Positions 1 to 5,905 of a stretch of 18,732 bases of DNA are shown here, in pieces. The translations under genes were made by a program, and so were the position numbers. Positions within the stretch are counted from its first letter, which is position 1; every line of letters begins with the position of its first letter. Below the pieces are notes generated by a model that was not told where the DNA came from, ran no database searches, and saw nothing but the letters and a program-made list of their open reading frames with translations. The DNA is from an uncultured bacterium (GTDB lineage: Bacteria; JAJVIF01; JAPKYR01): NCBI GenBank assembly GCA_965369865.1, contig CBDURU010000069.1, positions 1 to 18,732 on the forward strand, in the 5' to 3' direction.

Positions 1-59
1 CTCCATTATTCATGCGGTGTCGCGCCCTTAAAAATGTGCCATTGGTCACTGTCCCGTTT

Positions 60-713
60 TTATTCCTGCGGATGCAGTAAAACCTCGTCTCTCAGTTCCC
101 TTAACCGGTCGAATACCCAGGCAACCTCTTCAGAAACAGGCGGATCATCAGTATATTCTGTGACGATAATGTATTCATAGCCTGCTTCAAAGGTGTCGCT
201 GTTTCCTGCGCTTAAAATGAACCATTCTTCGCTTGTTGGGATTTTGTACCATCCGGGTATAGGATCGATAAATTCTGAATAGTCAAAGAAACTTCCTTCG
301 TTTTCCTTGATGTAATCCAGAATGTCCTGGAAAGGCTGAATGGATGGAAACTCATAATAGTAAGATTGCCGTGGATTGATATAAATGTCAGCGCCGGCCA
401 CCAGTTCCCGCTCCTCACCCCAATACCTAATTGAGAAATTGGCTTGCATGGGCTGAGGTGGTTGATTATCATTGAAAGTATTGAAGGTTATCACCCAATC
501 ATAAGCATCAGTATCATCCAGGATTTCAGGTGGCATAGGCTCTTTTCGGAGCACAATGCCGGGTTTAGACCCATCCCTTTGTGTTTGGAAATTGTTTGTG
601 CTGGTTAGCTCACTCGATTGATCTGTGTTTGCAAAGACCTTATCAGAGCCGGTGCACCCTGAAACAGTAATGACTGAAGTAACCATTAGTAAAGCTAAGA
701 TTTTTTTCATCAT
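60..713 (-). CDS. Predicted lipoprotein of unknown function (~217 aa); candidate partner/inhibitor of the upstream peptidase-like protein
   Basis: The ORF track starts at TTG 740, but ATG at 713 follows AAGGAG, which overlaps the upstream TAA (725-727). N-terminus MMKKILALLMVTSVITVSG-C is a basic n-region, hydrophobic h-region and lipobox. Mature part is acidic and aromatic-rich. Confidence 0.85.
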   Translation of the reverse strand: MMKKILALLMVTSVITVSGCTGSDKVFANTDQSSELTSTNNFQTQRDGSKPGIVLRKEPMPPEILDDTDAYDWVITFNTFNDNQPPQPMQANFSIRYWGEERELVAGADIYINPRQSYYYEFPSIQPFQDILDYIKENEGSFFDYSEFIDPIPGWYKIPTSEEWFILSAGNSDTFEAGYEYIIVTEYTDDPPVSEEVAWVFDRLRELRDEVLLHPQE

Positions 714-724
714 GGCATTCTCCT

Positions 725-3700
725 TTATCTTCTTAGACAAGAATCGATGCGTGATCGCACCCGTCTGACATGCGGGACATTAAAATATTGAGCGTCATAA
801 TTATAGAACATTAAACTTCTGGCATAAATTCCATAAGCGGATAATTCAGGCCATAATGTCTCCGGGGGTGCAGTCGGGGTAGAATCAATATGTAACCCAG
901 TTCTTAGATCCCCAATAAGGTGGCCAAGTTCATGTGCAGTGTCCTTCATTATCCAATGATCAGCTGCTAAATATGCAACATATGTTGGCCCACCAAGGCC
1001 ATAGGTTGTACACCAGTCATATTGCAGGCCAACCCAAACCCTGCCACGCCGATCATCACAATCATCTATCCAATAGTGAGGGTTACAGGCATATCCTGTA
1101 GAAACAGCGGGTTGGCTGCCAGGGCATAAATCCGCCGGAGAAACAAAGTGCTGTGGGGCAGGCGGGATGGGTGGGATACATGCAGCCTGGCTATCCGCAT
1201 CGCAGTAGTACGAAGCCCCCATTAAATACACCTGGTAGTACGGAGTAGCTGGAAATGGCCAGTTACTCAACCTTACTCCTGTAGCCCAATCAATATCAAA
1301 CATGCAAGGATCTTGATAAGTCTGGAACTGGTAAGACATTGAATTATTGTCTTTAACATCCACTTCCACAAAGCAATCCTGAAAAGCAGGCACAACCCAA
1401 TTAGGCAGGATATCGCAATCTCCGCTATAAGTAGTAGTAGCACTGGAACTATTGCATAAGTTAACTGGTGGGGTTCCGGCCTGCATTTCTTCAAAATATG
1501 CTTCTGTATATCGCCAGATTTCAATTGTTTCTGACACGGCGGGATCAGGGCAAGGTGTTGTTAACTTATGACCACATACGTCAGCGATTATAATATGGTT
1601 ATTCCCGCCGTAAGAGGTCGTGTGGAACCGTATCCTGGCTTTTCCGTCGCAATCAGTATATGAGACCCTGGTAATAACCCTAGGATCGCAGGCTTTCCTG
1701 AAGGGGAGATTAATCCAGGTTTCATTATCATGGCCTTTATCCCATTGATCGGGATCATCGCAGTCGAGAGATGATGGAGGACTTCCCCACCGTGGATGGG
1801 AGACATTTTTATAATTATCCCAAAGGGGATATTGTGCTCCATTCCACTCGTTATGAACTCCTGTCGCAAAATTCATGGGTCGATGCCAGGGATCAAACTG
1901 GTGCCAGACTACTTTCACCCCTGGGTAAGGGGGAGACACTTGAACTTCAACAACAAGCCAGTTGTCATATTCTGCCGGAAGGATCAATTGATTGGGACAA
2001 ATAACTCCATCTTTTTGGTCTTTCTGGAGATTAGTGTACTGTCGCCAGGAAGGATTATTGGAGTCATTACAATTACCGTTGCCAAGTCCGGGATTTCCTG
2101 GTTGTCCTGTAAACGAAACAGATTGAGGTCTGGGGAGGTCGTTGCCATCGATCTTAATAGTCCGCCAGTTTCCACATCTGTCAAATGCCAGGACTTCAAC
2201 GCATTCTATATAGCAGTAGTCACACGGAATTATTCGAAAATACTTACAGCCTTCATCGCAAGTTGCGGGGGCGGGTGGATGTGCCGGATCATGGGGTCCC
2301 CTGCCTGTGCAATCTTCCCACCTGTGTATACTCCAAGAATAACCACCACTGAAATAATATTTTTTAACTATAAACCATGGTTGCAGACAGTCATCAGTGG
2401 CTTGAAGCCTTAGTTCAACATGACAATCCGGCGACACGTCGTCGACGTAAATCCAATGGTTTATATCTGGTGGCTCCAGATCCGGCTCAGGTGTTTCATC
2501 TGAAGCATACAGTGTTTCCTTTAAATTCCCAAGCCAGTCATAGCACCTTAATTCAAAGTCCATGTACCATTTCTTACATCGGCTTCTTGGTAGATTAAGG
2601 TAAATATCAGGGCATTGCCACAGTCTGATGACAATCCAGGCAGTAATGTTGTGGCTCAACGATTTTAAAGATTGTGTTGGCGAGGATTCTTCATCAAGGC
2701 AGCCCTGACTTTGCGTACCCTTGCCATAGAGTTCAACAGTCTCATCCAGGTACAAGGAGAAGGGGCATGTCCCGCAGTGTAAATGTAATTGAACAATGTT
2801 GTCATCGCAGCAGTGCCAGGGAGTAACCGACGCGTCTATTGTCGGGCAGGTGCAATTGAGAATGGGTATGACTATGGCAGTACTAATTGAAATCATTATA
2901 ACCTGCACGCTTACAGCCGCTATAAGATCGACCTGCATGTCATCGGGAATGGGTCCGTCAAACGTGACATCGATCGTTTCTTCATCGACTACTACCGCGA
3001 TAACACTTAAAGAAGGCGCTAGAGGGTAATTCGGGGGAAGACTTGTGAGGGTCAGGGTCCAATTGACTGGGTTCTGCACCTCATCTATCAGTTCCGGTGG
3101 AATACATTCGTCAACCCAGATATGAAGGACTGTGCGATCCTCATTTTCGTGGTTGATATCCACAGGGAAACCCGCGAGGTTTGCCTGGGGCAACGGGGGG
3201 TCATGGAATGTTCCCGCAACATTTGCAAAGGTGTAATTCGCGTTGTAACCCGTGTCAGGTAGGGGTGGATCGGCCAGACCATCCCCGTCCCCGTCAAAAT
3301 CCGGATTCACCGGGCAAGGGTCAATCCTGTCGTTCATACCGTCGTCATCGGTATCCGTATCATTCGGATCGGTGCTGATTTCAGAGATATCCGGCAATCC
3401 ATCGCCATCTGTATCAACGTATAAACCTGGAAGGCCCCTTATTTGAAGTTGAAACAGATAATCGGTTTCAGTATCCAGGCTACTGGGAGTGCACACAAAA
3501 TCGTAGAATACAGTTACCCTGTTCGTGTTCCTATAGTTGGGGACATAAAAAATCCTTAATTCGTCATCGGGAAGGATATCCCAGTTAGTACCTCCATCCG
3601 CACTGAAGTATACGTGTGCGCTCGAGGGGACTATTCCCCAGCCAAAATCAATGGCCTGCCAGTGGATTTCGTGCGGGGAGCTATCTTCACCGCAGCTACC

Positions 3701-4090
3701 GGGAATACTGTCCTCGACAACAAATGAGTTTGTTAAAAAAATCTCACCAGGGTCATTGTCATTCAGCCCCTGCACAATGACTGCCATCTCCCCAGCGACA
3801 TCCTCACCCAAGAACCCAGTAATTCTATCATCTGTTAAATCGATATAGGTGTCGATATCATAACGGCTCATGGTGTTAAAATTTTCGCACATCCAACTAG
3901 AGACAGGAAATCCATTCCCCCCGGATTTACGATTATCTTTAGGATAAGGTGTTTCCGGGGATAAGGATGAATCCGGAGCGGCTGGATTTGAAAAACCTGC
4001 GCTCCTGGTACGGCTAACCATGCCTAGACATAAAATTGAAAGCAGCATAAGATAGCATGTTACCTTTATTGCGATTCTTTGAGAATGCAT
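725..4090 (-). CDS. Large secreted Cys-rich multidomain protein with thrombospondin type-3-like Ca-binding repeats and a C-terminal zincin/metzincin-like metallopeptidase motif
   Basis: Start moved to ATG 4090 (GGAGG 5 nt upstream). N-terminal hydrophobic signal segment; DTDGDGLPD/DTDTDDDGMND/DFDGDGDGLAD repeats (3269-3415); ~44 Cys by manual count; TAHELGHLIG near 890-934 and downstream SLMFY (Met codon 809-811). Confidence 0.8.
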   Translation of the reverse strand: MHSQRIAIKVTCYLMLLSILCLGMVSRTRSAGFSNPAAPDSSLSPETPYPKDNRKSGGNGFPVSSWMCENFNTMSRYDIDTYIDLTDDRITGFLGEDVAGEMAVIVQGLNDNDPGEIFLTNSFVVEDSIPGSCGEDSSPHEIHWQAIDFGWGIVPSSAHVYFSADGGTNWDILPDDELRIFYVPNYRNTNRVTVFYDFVCTPSSLDTETDYLFQLQIRGLPGLYVDTDGDGLPDISEISTDPNDTDTDDDGMNDRIDPCPVNPDFDGDGDGLADPPLPDTGYNANYTFANVAGTFHDPPLPQANLAGFPVDINHENEDRTVLHIWVDECIPPELIDEVQNPVNWTLTLTSLPPNYPLAPSLSVIAVVVDEETIDVTFDGPIPDDMQVDLIAAVSVQVIMISISTAIVIPILNCTCPTIDASVTPWHCCDDNIVQLHLHCGTCPFSLYLDETVELYGKGTQSQGCLDEESSPTQSLKSLSHNITAWIVIRLWQCPDIYLNLPRSRCKKWYMDFELRCYDWLGNLKETLYASDETPEPDLEPPDINHWIYVDDVSPDCHVELRLQATDDCLQPWFIVKKYYFSGGYSWSIHRWEDCTGRGPHDPAHPPAPATCDEGCKYFRIIPCDYCYIECVEVLAFDRCGNWRTIKIDGNDLPRPQSVSFTGQPGNPGLGNGNCNDSNNPSWRQYTNLQKDQKDGVICPNQLILPAEYDNWLVVEVQVSPPYPGVKVVWHQFDPWHRPMNFATGVHNEWNGAQYPLWDNYKNVSHPRWGSPPSSLDCDDPDQWDKGHDNETWINLPFRKACDPRVITRVSYTDCDGKARIRFHTTSYGGNNHIIIADVCGHKLTTPCPDPAVSETIEIWRYTEAYFEEMQAGTPPVNLCNSSSATTTYSGDCDILPNWVVPAFQDCFVEVDVKDNNSMSYQFQTYQDPCMFDIDWATGVRLSNWPFPATPYYQVYLMGASYYCDADSQAACIPPIPPAPQHFVSPADLCPGSQPAVSTGYACNPHYWIDDCDDRRGRVWVGLQYDWCTTYGLGGPTYVAYLAADHWIMKDTAHELGHLIGDLRTGLHIDSTPTAPPETLWPELSAYGIYARSLMFYNYDAQYFNVPHVRRVRSRIDSCLRR

Positions 4091-4132
4091 GAATACCTCC
4101 ACTGTGGCCTCTGAACAGATTAGTTTAATTTA

Positions 4133-4160
4133 ATTATACAATCAAATATTACATAGTCAA
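4133..4160 (-). promoter_or_regulatory. Sigma70-type promoter for the peptidase-lipoprotein unit
   Basis: Minus strand reads TTGACT-16 nt-TATAAT in AT-rich context, ~43 nt upstream of ATG 4090. Confidence 0.65.
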
Positions 4161-4224
4161 AATTTAATCCCCCGATTTAGCGGAGGCTCCGATACATGGA
4201 TTCCCTCTAAGCGATTCTTCAATG

Positions 4225-4254
4225 TTGACTATTACAACGATCTCCTGATACTGT
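4225..4254 (+). promoter_or_regulatory. Candidate sigma70-type promoter for the PAP2 gene
   Basis: TTGACT (4225-4230), 18 nt spacer, TG-n-TACTGT (4249-4254), ~30 nt upstream of ATG 4284. Confidence 0.4.
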
Positions 4255-4283
4255 CTCACAATAGTACCGGGGTAATTCATACA

Positions 4284-5240
4284 ATGACAGAACTCCTTCG
4301 AGACCTTATCCCATGGGGACTCAATATCCTCGAACAAATCGAATCCACACGCACATCGTTCGGGAACTTTTTCTTCATGGCTATCACTCACCTTGGATCG
4401 GAAAAGTCCATCATAGTTCTGGTATCGGTTACTTACTGGGCGGTGGATAAACGTGTGGGGAGGGGGCTCGCGTTCTGCTTTCTATGCTCATCCCAGCTCA
4501 ATGTATTTCTCAAAAACCTGTTCCATATGCCCCGTCCTGCTGAAATTCCACATGTGCTCGGTGGACCCGATATTGGCTCAAATAATGGCATACATCCATT
4601 GATGCAGGAATTTTCACCGTCATGGCCGAGCAATCACGCTCAGGGGATCGCGCCGGGATGGGGATATCTTGCGTACCATGCGAACAAGTTATGGCTCTGG
4701 ATATTGGCGGGCGCGTTGTTTTTGCTGATAGGGTATTCAAGGATGTATATCGGGGTGCATTTCCCGCAGGATGTGATCGGTGGATGGATAATCGGGCTTG
4801 TTTTTACGGCTTTATGGATACTGCTTGAAAAGCGATGGCGGAGGGTGCTGTCGAGGATCCCGGTTGCGATTCAGGCGGCATTAATTCTGGTAATTCCTTT
4901 AATTCTGCTCATAATTTTCAGGATTCCCGACTGGAATGGGGTGCTGGGTGCGATGTCGGGACTGGGGCTGGGTTTTATAATCGAGGGCAGGATTGTCGAA
5001 TTCGATGCCGGTGGCCGGATGAAGGCGCGAATCGGTCGGGTTGTAATCGGGCTTGTAATCGTATTCGCTGTATTTCTGGGGTTGAAAGTATTGTTTGGCG
5101 AATTAGAAATTGAGCCCGGCGGATTTACGGAATACATATTAAAGGCGTTGAGGTATTTTGTTTCAGGGTTGGTAGTGTCGTGGATCGCGCCATGGATTTT
5201 TGTGCGGACAGGATTGGCGGGGAAAGAGGGCCAGGTATGA
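4284..5240 (+). CDS. PAP2-family integral membrane phosphatase/phosphotransferase
   Basis: Three PAP2 motifs: KNLFHMPRP (KxxxxxxRP), PSNH (PSGH-like) and SRMYIGVHFPQD (SRxxxxxHxxxD); multiple hydrophobic segments. Confidence 0.93.
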   Translation: MTELLRDLIPWGLNILEQIESTRTSFGNFFFMAITHLGSEKSIIVLVSVTYWAVDKRVGRGLAFCFLCSSQLNVFLKNLFHMPRPAEIPHVLGGPDIGSNNGIHPLMQEFSPSWPSNHAQGIAPGWGYLAYHANKLWLWILAGALFLLIGYSRMYIGVHFPQDVIGGWIIGLVFTALWILLEKRWRRVLSRIPVAIQAALILVIPLILLIIFRIPDWNGVLGAMSGLGLGFIIEGRIVEFDAGGRMKARIGRVVIGLVIVFAVFLGLKVLFGELEIEPGGFTEYILKALRYFVSGLVVSWIAPWIFVRTGLAGKEGQV

Positions 5241-5252
5241 GATTCAACACCG

Positions 5253-5334
5253 GGGGACAGGCACTCAGATTTGCCGGGTAGATTGCTGGGAGAGTGAACG
5301 TATGTATTAGCGGCAAATCTGTGAGCCAGTCCCC
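5253..5334. repeat. Imperfect inverted repeat (24-bp arms, 34-nt spacer), REP/MITE-like; may also act as terminator between convergent genes
   Basis: Left arm GGGGACAGGCACTCAGATTTGCCG (5253-5276) versus reverse complement of right arm (5311-5334) GGGGACTGGCTCACAGATTTGCCG: 21/24 identical. Confidence 0.8.
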
Positions 5335-5397
5335 TATACATAAATATTTATTCCCTATATATTAATTTTTCTCACTTCTACAACCTTGAACATTGTA

Positions 5398-5733
5398 TTA
5401 CAAAGGAGGATGTATCCAATCAGGGTGGAACCAGTAATGATTGACAATCGCGTTGATATTTCTCTCGGATTTGATCAGGATGTAGCAGAAGGTCCCATCC
5501 GAACGGGGGTTGTAGTACGGTTCGAGTGAATACCTGCATCCCGCCCCGCAGTCGACCACTCTTGGCGCGCCTTTAAGAGACTGTGGATTCGGAGCTATAA
5601 CCGGCAGGCCCTCAACATTATGCAATTTTTCCCTGAAACCGAGTTCCAGGCATACCGGACAGTACGGCTCCTCAGGTACATAGCCTAAACCCCGTCCGAG
5701 TGAGGTTTTTACTTTTTTGTCTTTATCGGTCAT
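5398..5733 (-). CDS. Small hypothetical protein (111 aa), possible zinc-binding (CPVC...CGAGC)
   Basis: Fills the gap between PAP2 and the TPR gene with no overlap; ATG start; two Cys pairs; candidate promoter directly upstream. Confidence 0.75.
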   Translation of the reverse strand: MTDKDKKVKTSLGRGLGYVPEEPYCPVCLELGFREKLHNVEGLPVIAPNPQSLKGAPRVVDCGAGCRYSLEPYYNPRSDGTFCYILIKSERNINAIVNHYWFHPDWIHPPL

Positions 5734-5743
5734 TGCCCGTTCA

Positions 5744-5773
5744 AGTCTACGAGCGAAGCTTATAACCTGTCAA
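5744..5773 (-). promoter_or_regulatory. Sigma70-type promoter for the small CxxC gene
   Basis: Minus strand reads TTGACA-18 nt-TAGACT; only 10 nt separate the -10 hexamer from ATG 5733. Confidence 0.55.
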
Positions 5774-5887
5774 GTGCAAACACTGCATTGTAGACGCCAA
5801 ATTTAATTAAACACTAACCGATTTAAAATTCAGACCCATGAAATCCGTTATTAATATGATTTTTGTGCTTCTCACCCAGATAAACTC

Positions 5888-5896
5888 TGATATAAT
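5888..5896 (+). promoter_or_regulatory. Extended -10 promoter element for the TPR gene
   Basis: TGATATAAT is a perfect TGnTATAAT, 9 nt upstream of GTG 5906; no Shine-Dalgarno between them. Confidence 0.6.
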
Positions 5897-5905
5897 AACC
5901 GCCTT

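Noticed and set aside
1796..2413. 205-aa plus-strand ORF and other short ORFs inside the large peptidase gene
   Set aside because: Antisense or alternate-frame shadows with no recognisable motifs; the long minus-strand frame has a promoter, SD and coherent domains.
4149..4232. Inverted match ATAGTCAAAATT / AATGTTGACTAT in the divergent intergenic region
   Set aside because: Adequately explained by two back-to-back TTGACT -35 boxes; no independent evidence for an operator or mobile-element ends.
4164..4391. 75-aa minus-strand ORF with Cys pairs
   Set aside because: Overlaps the PAP2 start and its candidate promoter in antisense; no clear SD.
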